Assembly: GCA_038212275.1 (NCBI GenBank)
Contig: JBBQUR010000018.1
Location: 1-64,000, forward strand
Direction: 5' to 3'
Source: Planctomycetota bacterium
GTDB taxonomy: Bacteria > Planctomycetota > B15-G4
DNA: 64,000 nucleotides
Below the pieces are notes generated by a model. It was not told the DNA's origin. It searched no databases and was given only the letters and a program-made list of their open reading frames with translations. Positions 1 through 8,720 of this stretch are shown here, piece after piece (position 1 is the stretch's first letter; the number at the start of each line of letters is the position of its first letter). A program made the translations under genes and the position numbers.

Positions 1-5
1 CCCAT
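1..5 (-). CDS. Probable start of a minus-strand gene running off the left edge (product unknown)
   Basis: ATG at 5-3 with a strong AAGGAG Shine-Dalgarno (plus-strand CTCCTT at 11-16) 5 nt upstream. Confidence 0.4.
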
Positions 6-69
6 GGGCACTCCTTCTCGGAGCATCTTCGGCTCCTATCGGGGTGTCCACCAAACCGGGGCAAGATCA

Positions 70-653
70 GTCCGGCGCTGCGCCCCTGGGGCAACAGGAC
101 GCGTCATGGTTCCGGGAGCGGCGCCCTTCGCGCCGGACAAACCTCCCGTCCCGCGCACGCCGACGCACGTTTTTCCGTGCCGGGCGAGCGGTCAGCACTC
201 CCGGTGCTTGCGCTTCTCGACGCCGCTCCGCGCTCGCTGGGGGTGAACGTCCGGGCTGCGAGCGCGCTCGAAGCTTCTGCGGACGATGCGGTTGCCGGGA
301 CGAATGACGACAGCGTTTTTCGGGTGCGTGGGCTGACCATGCCTTGGTGTGGATGCCGCCATACCTTGGTGCGGATGCCGCCGTGCCTTGCTGCGGATCA
401 GGCGATGCTCAAGCGAGCGGCGAGTTCACCAGCAGCTCGATGCGGAGGATGCGTTCCACGCCGAGAACGCGCGTGAAGCGCCGTGGAGCGCAGGCCGGCA
501 GCTGCCCCGCTTCGCATGGCACGGAACCGCGCGCATCGGAGTGCGCCGGGTCGGGAGGTTTGTCCGGCGCGAAGGGCGCCGCTCCCGGAATTGCTCCGTG
601 TCCTGTTGCCCCAAGGGCGCAGCGCCGGACAACCCTCCCGACCCGGCGCACTC
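70..653. repeat. Nested inverted-repeat / palindromic element (REP- or MITE-like)
   Basis: 70-181 matches the reverse complement of 518-630, with weaker similarity continuing inward. 539-570 and 622-653 form a 31/32-bp inverted repeat. Confidence 0.85.
338..403. repeat. 22-bp tandem repeat x3
   Basis: CATGCCTTGGTGTGGATGCCGC / CATACCTTGGTGCGGATGCCGC / CGTGCCTTGCTGCGGATCAGGC. Confidence 0.85.
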
Positions 654-732
654 ACACCGCCACGCGACTCCCGCCCTCCTCGACCCCAACGGGCAGCTCC
701 CGGCCCAGCGGAGCAGCGCCCCCACACGCACC

Positions 733-3700
733 TCAAGTCCCCGCGAGATACTCGATCAGATCCCGCATCTGCTCGCGCGTGATCGTCGCCGCCAACCCTT
801 CGGGCATCGCCGAAAGTCCCGGCTTGCGCAGCTCGACGTCGGCCTCCGGCACCCAGCGCTGCGTGGCGTCGTGGAGCTGCACGCTGAGCTGGCCGTCCTG
901 CGCGGAGGTCACGCGGCCGGCCAGCGTCTCTCCGTTGCGCAGGAAGATCAGCTCGGCGTCGAAGCCCGGCGCGATGCGGCGGTCGGGCTGCACGATGGAT
1001 TCGAGCAGCTGCTCCCGCGCGAGGCGCTTGCCGATGCCCTGCAGGTTGGGGCCCACGGCCTGCCGGCCCCACTCGTCGGTGGCGTGGCATTTCTGGCACG
1101 AGAGCGACGCGCTCTCGAAGACGCGCCGGCCTGCGTCGCGATCGCCGCCGAAGAGGCCGTCGAGGAAGGGCGCGAGTTCCGGGTCCACCGCGCGCGGTGC
1201 GGCGAGCTTCGCGAGTCGTGCATCGAGCACAGGGTCGTGGCGCGCTTCGGCCGCAAGCACGAGGTCGAGCTGCAGCTCGACCGGATGCAATCCGGCCAGT
1301 GCGCGATCGAGCTGCTCCGCAAGCAGCGCGTTGGGATCGATGACCGCGGCCGGGCCCGTGTCGCTGGCGGCAGCGCTGGTCGCGGCGATTGAGGTCGGGT
1401 TGTCGCCGGTCCCAGGGCGTCCTGCGCCGGCGGCGCCTGCCTGCGGCGACGTGCGGCCGAGGATCTGCAGCGCGGTGCGACGCTCCTGCCGCTCGCCCGT
1501 GGCCAGCAGCGCCGGGAGACGTGGCAGCGCCTGATCCGGAGCGAGCGCCTCAAGCGCGACGAGGGCCTCGGCACGCAACACGGAGTCGTGCGCCGACAGC
1601 GTGCGGTCCACGATGGCCGGCAGGTCGGGGGCGTTCATGGCCGCCAGAGCGTGCAGCGCTTCCACGCGCAGGTCGATGTCACGCGTCTCGTCGTCGAGCA
1701 GAGCCGCCAGCGGCTCGGCGAGATCCGGCGCGGCTCCCATGGCGCCGGCCGTGGCGCAGAGCGCGATCCAGCCGCTGGTGAGGGCCAGCGGCGCCTCCGC
1801 GGCGCCGAGGCCCGCGTCGTGCAGCTGCCGCGCGATGTCCGCGAGCGGCGCCGGCGCGCGGTCCGTGACGGCCTGGTGAAAGCCGTGGATGCGGTCGCGA
1901 CTCTCCGTCTGCGGCCAGCCGGCCAGGATCTCGAGCGCGAAGGCGCGATGCGCGTCGCGCTGGTCGTCGCGCGCCGCGAAACGCGCCAGCTCGCGCGCCT
2001 GCTCCGGGCCGCCGAGCCGCGCGTTGGCATTGAGCGCGCGGCGCACGAGCACGTCCACGTCGTCGTGGCCGGCGGGGCCGCCGTCGCGCGCGGCGGGCAG
2101 GCCCGCGTCGTCGCCGGCGGCCGGCAGCGAGTGGATGAGGCCGGCGAGGGCGGGCAGCGCGTCGGGCACCGGCAGGTCGTGGATCGCGCGCGCCGCTTCC
2201 GCGGCCACCCTCGCGTCGTCCGAGACGAGGAAGGTCGCCAGCAGCTTCGAATGCTGCTGCCTCAGCGCCAGCACGCGCAGCAATTGCAGCGGCCGTGCCT
2301 CCCCGGGGACTTGCAGCGCGAGATCGCTCGGCAACTCAAGGCTGGCCAGAGCCATCGCGAGTGCATGGCGGAGCAGCGGGTCGGTCGGGTCCGCTCGGCG
2401 CGCGGCCTCCCACACATCGGCAGCGAGGTGGCGGTGCGGCGAGGACGTCCAGCGGCTCTCCGGATCGGTGCTGCTCTCAGCGAACGGATCGGACCTCCCG
2501 ACGCGGCCGGCGGCGAGCGCCGCACGCGCGACGACTCGCGGTTCGGCGTCGGCGAGGCCGCGGGCGAGCGCATCATCGATCCAGCTCGGCCACGGAGGCG
2601 GCACACGCGAGTCCGTGAGCGCCGTTGGAAGGGGAGCTTCCAGCACCGTGAAGAATTGCGCGCGCACTTCGCTGTCAGCATCCTGGTCGAGGCCGGCGAG
2701 GCGCTGGACGATGGCGTTGGCGAGGCGCGGGTCGCGCTCCGGGGAATCGCCATGGAGGGCGAGGCGGAGTGCGTTGCGCTGAGACTCCCTGGCCTCGCGG
2801 CGCGCTGCGATGCCGAGGCCCCACACGCCGTGCAGGCGCGCCAGGCCTTTGCCGCGGCGCGCGGCGCGTTCCAGCGCGTCGAGGCCGGGCACGCCGCGCG
2901 TCACGAGTTCGAATTGTGCGGCCTGTCGCACGCGCTGATCGGCGTGGCCGAGAAGCGCTTCCAGCTCACCGACCTCACGCCCGCCCGGGCCGGCGGCAAG
3001 CAGTGCGGCCGTCTGCAGGCGCAGCGGATCGTCGCGCAGCGCGTCGTCGACCAGGCGCCAGACGCGGCCCTTGCTCGCGCCGCTCCAGCCCTCGACCCAG
3101 TCGCTCACGGAGAGCGCACCGTCGGGGCCGAAGTCCGCGTCGGTGGCGAGCACGCCGGCCAGCACGTCGCGCACCTCGCCCAGCTTGTAGAAGGCGCCGT
3201 CGGCGAGAACCGGAAAGCCCAGGATGCGCGAGCTGTCCGCACCGCCGGTGAAGTCGCAGAGCAGGAAGTGGTCGCGGAAGGCGGAGAGTGCCGTGCCGGG
3301 CTCGTGCGTGAGGCCGCTCGGGCCCGACGCGATGTTCGCGATCGGCGGGATGATCCATGCGGCCTGGCCGTCGAAGCGCGGCGCCCACAGCTTCTCGCGC
3401 CCCCACGGGCCGCGGTCCGAGAGCCACTGGCCCGGCTGGCGCCAGCCCGAGTCGCCGCCCTCCACGATGGGCACGAAGCGCGCGAGGTCGCCTGCGTCGC
3501 AGTTGTTGTCACCGGTGAAGAGGTCGCCCCGGTCGTCGAAGGCCAGCTCCTGCGGGTTGCGCAGGCCCAGGTGCACCACCGTGAGGTCCGAGCCATCGAG
3601 TTCGCAGCGCAGCACGGCGCCCGTGTTCGGGTGATGCAGCAGGCGCCCGTCGGCGGTCGTGACGTGGAAGCCGCGGTCGCCGATGCTCCAGTAGAGCCGG

Positions 3701-4578
3701 CCGTCGGGGCCGATGCGCAGGCCGTGCATGTCGTGCCCCATGAAGGCGACGCGCACGCCCCAGCCGTTGGACATCGATTCGCGCGACTCCGCGCGGCCGT
3801 CGCCGTCGGCGTCCGTGAGGCGCCAGAGATCGGGGATGTTGGTGTAGAAGACCTCGGTCGCGCCGTCCGCGGTGCGGTGCGCGAGCAACCCGGAGCCGAT
3901 GCCGTCCTCGGCGTGCGAGAAGCCGTCGGCGAACACGGTGGCGACGTCCGCGCGACCGTCGCCATCCGTGTCGGTCAGCCGGCGCACGCGGTCGTGTTCG
4001 CGCGCGTAGCTCGGGAGGTCGGGCCCGAGCCATTTCGCGTACATCGCGAGGCGGTCGGCGACGGTCTCGGAGGCCAGGTCGTCGTCGAGCCAGTCCATGT
4101 GCTCGCGGATGTCGGTGACTCCGGCGTGCACGCGGAAGGATTCGGCCACGTAGACCGCGCCGTCATCGCCGAGCGCAAGGCAGACGGGATTCGCGAGCAG
4201 CGGTTCGGCGGCCCACAGCGAGATCGAAAGGCCGTCCGCCGCGCGAAGCTGCGCGAGATGCGCCGCCGCCTCGTCGCTCGCCGGAAAGATGTACGGCACA
4301 TACTCCGCCGCCTCCTGAGCGGCGGGAGCAGCTTCCGCGTGCTGCGCGCCTGGTGCAGCGACCACGCGCGGCGCGGCGGGCGCAAGGGCGACGTGCTGCG
4401 CGACGGGCGCAGGTTCCGCGTGCTGCGCGACAGACGCAGGGGCGACGCGCGCTGCGGCGGCTGCGGCCGTGTCGTCCTGCCGGGCGATGACATGAACCGG
4501 GCTGCAGGCGAGCCACAGCGCGACGAGGGCGATGCGGGCCATGCAGGCGACGCCGAACGCACGACCAGCGCCCGTCAC
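733..4578 (-). CDS. PVC-type putative membrane-bound dehydrogenase: signal peptide, beta-propeller, HEAT-like repeats and C-terminal cytochrome c domain (~1281 aa)
   Basis: Hydrophobic N-terminus; WAAEPLLANPVCLA, DTDGDGRAD, GPDGRLY and GLRNPQELAFD propeller motifs; helical repeats; CQKCH heme motif, GPNL and SAMP. GTG start overlaps the upstream TGA (alternative ATG at 4542). Confidence 0.85.
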   Translation of the reverse strand: MTGAGRAFGVACMARIALVALWLACSPVHVIARQDDTAAAAAARVAPASVAQHAEPAPVAQHVALAPAAPRVVAAPGAQHAEAAPAAQEAAEYVPYIFPASDEAAAHLAQLRAADGLSISLWAAEPLLANPVCLALGDDGAVYVAESFRVHAGVTDIREHMDWLDDDLASETVADRLAMYAKWLGPDLPSYAREHDRVRRLTDTDGDGRADVATVFADGFSHAEDGIGSGLLAHRTADGATEVFYTNIPDLWRLTDADGDGRAESRESMSNGWGVRVAFMGHDMHGLRIGPDGRLYWSIGDRGFHVTTADGRLLHHPNTGAVLRCELDGSDLTVVHLGLRNPQELAFDDRGDLFTGDNNCDAGDLARFVPIVEGGDSGWRQPGQWLSDRGPWGREKLWAPRFDGQAAWIIPPIANIASGPSGLTHEPGTALSAFRDHFLLCDFTGGADSSRILGFPVLADGAFYKLGEVRDVLAGVLATDADFGPDGALSVSDWVEGWSGASKGRVWRLVDDALRDDPLRLQTAALLAAGPGGREVGELEALLGHADQRVRQAAQFELVTRGVPGLDALERAARRGKGLARLHGVWGLGIAARREARESQRNALRLALHGDSPERDPRLANAIVQRLAGLDQDADSEVRAQFFTVLEAPLPTALTDSRVPPPWPSWIDDALARGLADAEPRVVARAALAAGRVGRSDPFAESSTDPESRWTSSPHRHLAADVWEAARRADPTDPLLRHALAMALASLELPSDLALQVPGEARPLQLLRVLALRQQHSKLLATFLVSDDARVAAEAARAIHDLPVPDALPALAGLIHSLPAAGDDAGLPAARDGGPAGHDDVDVLVRRALNANARLGGPEQARELARFAARDDQRDAHRAFALEILAGWPQTESRDRIHGFHQAVTDRAPAPLADIARQLHDAGLGAAEAPLALTSGWIALCATAGAMGAAPDLAEPLAALLDDETRDIDLRVEALHALAAMNAPDLPAIVDRTLSAHDSVLRAEALVALEALAPDQALPRLPALLATGERQERRTALQILGRTSPQAGAAGAGRPGTGDNPTSIAATSAAASDTGPAAVIDPNALLAEQLDRALAGLHPVELQLDLVLAAEARHDPVLDARLAKLAAPRAVDPELAPFLDGLFGGDRDAGRRVFESASLSCQKCHATDEWGRQAVGPNLQGIGKRLAREQLLESIVQPDRRIAPGFDAELIFLRNGETLAGRVTSAQDGQLSVQLHDATQRWVPEADVELRKPGLSAMPEGLAATITREQMRDLIEYLAGT

Positions 4579-5582
4579 GCGAGTTCGACCTGCAGGCGCT
4601 TGAGCAGCGCGAGCGTGGCCGCGATACCGTCGCGCTCGCCGAGCTGCTCGCCCTCGTACTCGATGCCGAGGTGGCCGTGATAGCCGCCGGCGAGCACGAG
4701 CTTCAGCATGCGCGCATAGTCGATCGTGGTCTCGTTGCCCGCGGCGTCGAAGCCGTAGGACTTGGCGCTCACCGCCTTCGCGAAGGGCAGCATCTGCTCG
4801 ACGCCGGTGTAGCGATCGTACTCGTGCTGCTCGTCGATGTGGAAGTTGCCGAAGTCCGGCAGCGTGCCCACGCGCGGATCGTTCGCGCGGCGCATGACGC
4901 CGGCCAGCCACTCGCCGTTGCTCGAGAGCCCGCCGTGATTCTCGACGATGACATTCAGGCCGCCGCCCAGATCGGCAAGACGATGCAGGCTGTCGGCGGC
5001 CTGCGCGGCGTGCTCCTCCGGCGTGCCGCTGCCGTAGGCGTTCACGCGGATCGAATGGCAGCCGAGCACGTGCGCCGCGTGCAACCACTTGACGTGATTC
5101 TCGATGGCGGCGGCGCGCGCCGCGGCGTCGGCGTCGCCCAGTGCACCCTCGCCGTCCACCATGATGAGCAGACTGGCCACGCCGAGGTCGTCGGCGCGGC
5201 GGCGCAGCGAGGCGAGGCGCCGCTCGTCGTGCACGTGATCCTTGAGGAAGACGCTCACGTGCTCGATCGCGTCGATGCCGAAGTCGTGCTTCGCGACGCG
5301 CGGGAAGTCGTCCGCACTCAGCGTGCCGGCGAACAGCGCCTTGTGCAGCGACCACTCCGCAAGCGAGATCGTGAAGGGCGGCTCGGCGGAAGCGCCCGAC
5401 GCGTGCTGCCCGCCGGGCGTGAAGCCAGGCGCGAGCGCTCGACCCGTCGCCACGCGGCCCAGCGCGAGGAATGCCCCTGCAGCCGCCGCCGCCGTGAGGA
5501 AGCCGCGGCGCGAGGTGGCCTTGGGCGGCATCGGCTGCCAGGGGCCGGACGCATCGTGCGAGCTCGGCGACTCATCGCGCAT
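4575..5582 (-). CDS. Tat-exported sugar phosphate isomerase/epimerase family (xylose-isomerase-like TIM barrel) protein
   Basis: SRRGFL twin-arginine motif; ISLAEWSLH, LGCHSIRVN, VENHGG, LPDFGNF and GIEYEG motifs; GGGAG RBS. Confidence 0.85.
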   Translation of the reverse strand: MRDESPSSHDASGPWQPMPPKATSRRGFLTAAAAAGAFLALGRVATGRALAPGFTPGGQHASGASAEPPFTISLAEWSLHKALFAGTLSADDFPRVAKHDFGIDAIEHVSVFLKDHVHDERRLASLRRRADDLGVASLLIMVDGEGALGDADAAARAAAIENHVKWLHAAHVLGCHSIRVNAYGSGTPEEHAAQAADSLHRLADLGGGLNVIVENHGGLSSNGEWLAGVMRRANDPRVGTLPDFGNFHIDEQHEYDRYTGVEQMLPFAKAVSAKSYGFDAAGNETTIDYARMLKLVLAGGYHGHLGIEYEGEQLGERDGIAATLALLKRLQVELA

Positions 5583-5587
5583 GGTGT

Positions 5588-6835
5588 TCACAGCTCCCGG
5601 ATGTAGAGATTGCCGAAGACGACAGGCTGGCCGAAGTCGAGCAGGACGAGCGGGCCGCTTGCCGGCAGGTCCTTCTGCAGCGCATCGCGCATGAGCTCGC
5701 GGCCGTTCAGCTCGAGCGTCATGAGCTGTCCGCGCAGCTGCAGGCGCACGCGCTGCCACGCGTCCGATGCCACCGGAGCCGGCAGCACGGGCGACACCAC
5801 GCCGCGCAGCGCGATCGGCACGCGAGCGTCCGGCACCGTGCCCGGCCAGCGCCAGTCGGCGATGAGTTCAAAGTCGCCCCAGCTCGCATCGCCGAACAGC
5901 GACTCGCCCATGCCATCGGATGCCAGCGTCCAGTCCTGCGCGCTCCAGTGTGCGGCTGTGCCGCTGGTGTCGCGCCAGCCGGCCAGATCGGTGCCGTTGG
6001 AGAGCGGCACGAAGGGCAGCGCCTGCTCCGCAACGAGATCGGGCGCCAGCGTCGTGTCCGATGGCGGCAGCTCCGCGAGGCGCACGTTGCGGAAGTGCAC
6101 CTCCGAACCCTCGGACTCCAGGCAGATGTAGCCCTTGCGGGGTGCGCAATCGTGTCCGCCGGAGACGACGACGCCATTGATCTCGAGCGTCAGCGCACCG
6201 TCGCGCGCGACGACGCGGTAGTGATTCCACTCGGGCGAGGGCTTCGTGACGCGCACGCTGGGCAGGCAGCGCTCCCAGCCCGCCGGGTGCGGGCGATCCG
6301 GCGTCATGTGCGCGCCCTGGATCGAGAAGACGTCGCCCTGACTGGTGTAGTTCTCGGTCTCGACGCCGTCCATGATCTGCAGCTCGATGGCGCGCGTGAA
6401 GGGTTGCCCGCACACCGGCAACGGGTCGGACCAGATGAAGAGGCCGGCGTTGCCGCCGGGCATGAGGTGGCGCCAGTCCAGCTCGAGCACGAAGTTCTCG
6501 AACTGCCGCGGGCTGCGCAGCACGCCGGTGGGATGACCGCTGCACACGATGAGGTCGTCCTGCACGCGCCACGTGTCCGGCCCGCCGTTCACCACCACCC
6601 AGCCGGAAAGGTCGCGACCGTTGAAGAGCGGCGCGGGCCGCACGGCCGCGACGTCCACGGCAGTCGGCGCGGAACAGCCGGCCGCGCCCAGCAGGCCAAG
6701 CGACATCATGGCGACGTACACGACACGCCACGTCCCGCGACGCAGCGAGGCGCCGCGAGGCGACTCGCTCCGACCGGTCGCGTCGAGCGGACGGCGAAGG
6801 GCCGAACGACGAAGGCCCGGCCGGAGGGGACTCAC
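5588..6835 (-). CDS. DUF1080 (3-keto-glycoside hydrolase/hydratase-like) lipoprotein with two DUF1080-like domains
   Basis: LFNGRDLSGW, FENFVLELDWR, GNAGLFI, EWNHYRV, GYICLESEG and VHFRNV motifs; AAGC lipobox. Start uncertain; GTG overlapping the dedA stop chosen. Confidence 0.8.
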   Translation of the reverse strand: MSPLRPGLRRSALRRPLDATGRSESPRGASLRRGTWRVVYVAMMSLGLLGAAGCSAPTAVDVAAVRPAPLFNGRDLSGWVVVNGGPDTWRVQDDLIVCSGHPTGVLRSPRQFENFVLELDWRHLMPGGNAGLFIWSDPLPVCGQPFTRAIELQIMDGVETENYTSQGDVFSIQGAHMTPDRPHPAGWERCLPSVRVTKPSPEWNHYRVVARDGALTLEINGVVVSGGHDCAPRKGYICLESEGSEVHFRNVRLAELPPSDTTLAPDLVAEQALPFVPLSNGTDLAGWRDTSGTAAHWSAQDWTLASDGMGESLFGDASWGDFELIADWRWPGTVPDARVPIALRGVVSPVLPAPVASDAWQRVRLQLRGQLMTLELNGRELMRDALQKDLPASGPLVLLDFGQPVVFGNLYIREL

Positions 6836-7488
6836 GTCTGCTGCCTGCGCGCTTCCCTGCGCGCCTTGATCAGCTCGTACACGATCGGAAGCACCGAGAG
6901 CACGATGATCGCGAGGATCACCAGCGTGAAGTTTTCCTTCACCGGCTGAAGATTGCCGAAGAAGTAGCCCGCCAGCAGGAAGAGGCCGCACCAGGCGACA
7001 GCGCCCACGATGTTGTAGAGGATGAAGGTCCCGTACTTCATCGAGCCGACGCCCGCGACGAATGGCGCAAAGGTGCGCACGATGGGCACGAAGCGCGCGA
7101 GCACGATCGTCTTGGCGCCGTACTTCTCGTAGAAGGCGTGCGTGCGTGCCAGGTGCGCGGGCTTGATGAAGCGCAGGCCGCCCTTCGCCACGCGGTCGGC
7201 CAGCAGCTTGCCGATCGCGTAGTTGACGGTGTCGCCGATGATCGCGGCCGCCGCGAGCAGCACGAAGAGCCAGCCGATGTGCAGCGCGTTGTCGGGAACC
7301 GCGGCGAAGGCGCCCGCCGCGAAGAGCAGCGAGTCACCCGGCAGGAAGGGCAGGATGACGAGGCCCGTCTCGCAGAAGACGATCGCGAACAGGATCAGGT
7401 GCGTCCACGTGCCGTAGTTCTGGATGACCTCGTTGAGGTGCTTGTCCAGATGCAGCAGGACGTCGACGGCTTCCTTCAGGAATTCCAT
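6832..7488 (-). CDS. dedA: DedA family membrane protein
   Basis: FCETGLVILPFLPGDSLLFAAG, GDTVNY and ARFVPIVRTFAPFVAG motifs; GGAG RBS. Confidence 0.93.
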   Translation of the reverse strand: MEFLKEAVDVLLHLDKHLNEVIQNYGTWTHLILFAIVFCETGLVILPFLPGDSLLFAAGAFAAVPDNALHIGWLFVLLAAAAIIGDTVNYAIGKLLADRVAKGGLRFIKPAHLARTHAFYEKYGAKTIVLARFVPIVRTFAPFVAGVGSMKYGTFILYNIVGAVAWCGLFLLAGYFFGNLQPVKENFTLVILAIIVLSVLPIVYELIKARREARRQQT

Positions 7489-7760
7489 GCGCACTCCGGG
7501 GCCCGTGACTGGCTGCATGCGATGCACGCCGGACGCCTGCGGCCGGCAGCGGTCCCGCGACGTCGTCGGCAACTGCAGAGGGGCCGCATGGTAGCCGCCG
7601 CTCCGCACCGCGATCCATCACGCGCGCCCGCCGGCGCATCGCGCGGGACGCACGTGGATCTCCTGCGCAGGGCTTCGGATTCAGCGGGCAGACTGCGCCA
7701 GCCGAGTCAGCGGGCGGACTCAGCGGGCGGCCGCAGCGAGGCGACTCGCCCCGCCCTCGT

Positions 7761-8720
7761 TCAGCCGCACTCCGTGAAACCGCAGGAATGGCACTTCACG
7801 CAGCCCTCTTCGTACGAGAGCTGGCTGCCGCAGTCCTGGCAGGCGCCCTGCACGCCCTCCTCGTCGAGGCCGCGGCGTGCGTGACCGTTGGGCGCGGACA
7901 TGAGGTCCGCGACCCGCCGGCGGTCCTGGTCGTATCCGACGCCGTCCGCCGATTCGCCCGTCGCCTCGGGAAGCCCCGAGGTGCGCGGCGCGGTGCCGGC
8001 GAAGGCCACGCCGGTGCGGCCGCGCGCCTTCTGCGCGCTGCAGTACTTCTCGAGCGCCTTGCCGATCGCGTCAGAGCACGAGGAGATCTTGCCGTCCTCG
8101 CCCCAGGCGGGCCGATGGCACGAGATGCCCTTGAGCTGCTTGATGAGCGGCTCCATCGACGCACCGCAGCGCAGCGCGTAGCTGATGAGGCGGCCGATGG
8201 CCTCGTTCTGCGACGCCGCGCAACCGCCGGCCTTGCCCATGTGGTTGAACAGCTCGAAGGGCTGACCGTCCTTGTCCTCGTTGATCGTGACGTAGAGGTT
8301 GCCGCAGCCGGTGTTCATGCGCACGGTGTGGCCCGTCGTCACCGTGGGACGCGAACGCGGCACGAGCGTGCCCTCGTCCACGAAGCGCGCGTCGACCGGC
8401 GCGGCCGGCATCGCGCCGAGCCGCGAGAGCAGCGCCGGCTTGCGCAGTCGCGGCCCGACCTCCTTGGCGTAGAAACGCTCGAGGCCGGCGTCCAGTTCGA
8501 TGCCGACGCCGCCCGCCTCGTCGATCAGGAATCGCCGCGCGGACTCGTGCATCTCGCACGCGTCGCGCAGCGACACCAGCGCAGCCGCCTCGCCGTTCTC
8601 GGCGGCGGCCCAATCGACCGCGCGCCACGCCTTGACCACCGCGACCGCGCGATCCTTGGCGTCGGCCTCGACACTGTCCGAGGTCACCTCCGGCACCACG
8701 CGATCCTGTCCCTTGGTCAC
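7761..8720 (-). CDS. nrdJb: Class II ribonucleotide reductase C-terminal subunit (TSCPD-like domain + Cys-rich zinc ribbon), NrdJb-like
   Basis: TGCGNLYVTIN, GKAGGC, GRLISYALR, SCSDAIG and terminal CQDC...CVKCHSCGFTECG; GTG overlaps the nrdJa TGA. Confidence 0.85.
   Translation of the reverse strand: MTKGQDRVVPEVTSDSVEADAKDRAVAVVKAWRAVDWAAAENGEAAALVSLRDACEMHESARRFLIDEAGGVGIELDAGLERFYAKEVGPRLRKPALLSRLGAMPAAPVDARFVDEGTLVPRSRPTVTTGHTVRMNTGCGNLYVTINEDKDGQPFELFNHMGKAGGCAASQNEAIGRLISYALRCGASMEPLIKQLKGISCHRPAWGEDGKISSCSDAIGKALEKYCSAQKARGRTGVAFAGTAPRTSGLPEATGESADGVGYDQDRRRVADLMSAPNGHARRGLDEEGVQGACQDCGSQLSYEEGCVKCHSCGFTECG

Noticed and set aside
338..403. Possible mini CRISPR array
   Set aside because: Units are contiguous with no unique spacers, and no cas genes are in the window
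4..730. Short ORFs within the left palindromic region as a transposase or toxin
   Set aside because: No transposase or other motifs; translations are repeat-derived and Arg/Pro/Ala-rich
1588..4680. 1030-aa plus-strand ORF, and similar long antisense ORFs (17565-19430, 25303-28335, 45055-48108, 47798-50884, 52350-56294)
   Set aside because: Shadow frames opposite well-supported genes; stop codons are rare in high-GC DNA and the translations have no recognisable motifs
4579..5355. N-terminal extension of the 1540-aa ORF, and similar upstream extensions of nrdJb, murB, murC, murF, ftsI, rsmH, dnaE, rplC, rplE, rplL, tuf and aroC
   Set aside because: They overlap neighbouring genes in another frame or non-coding DNA; downstream starts with RBS or stop/start coupling fit the family N-termini
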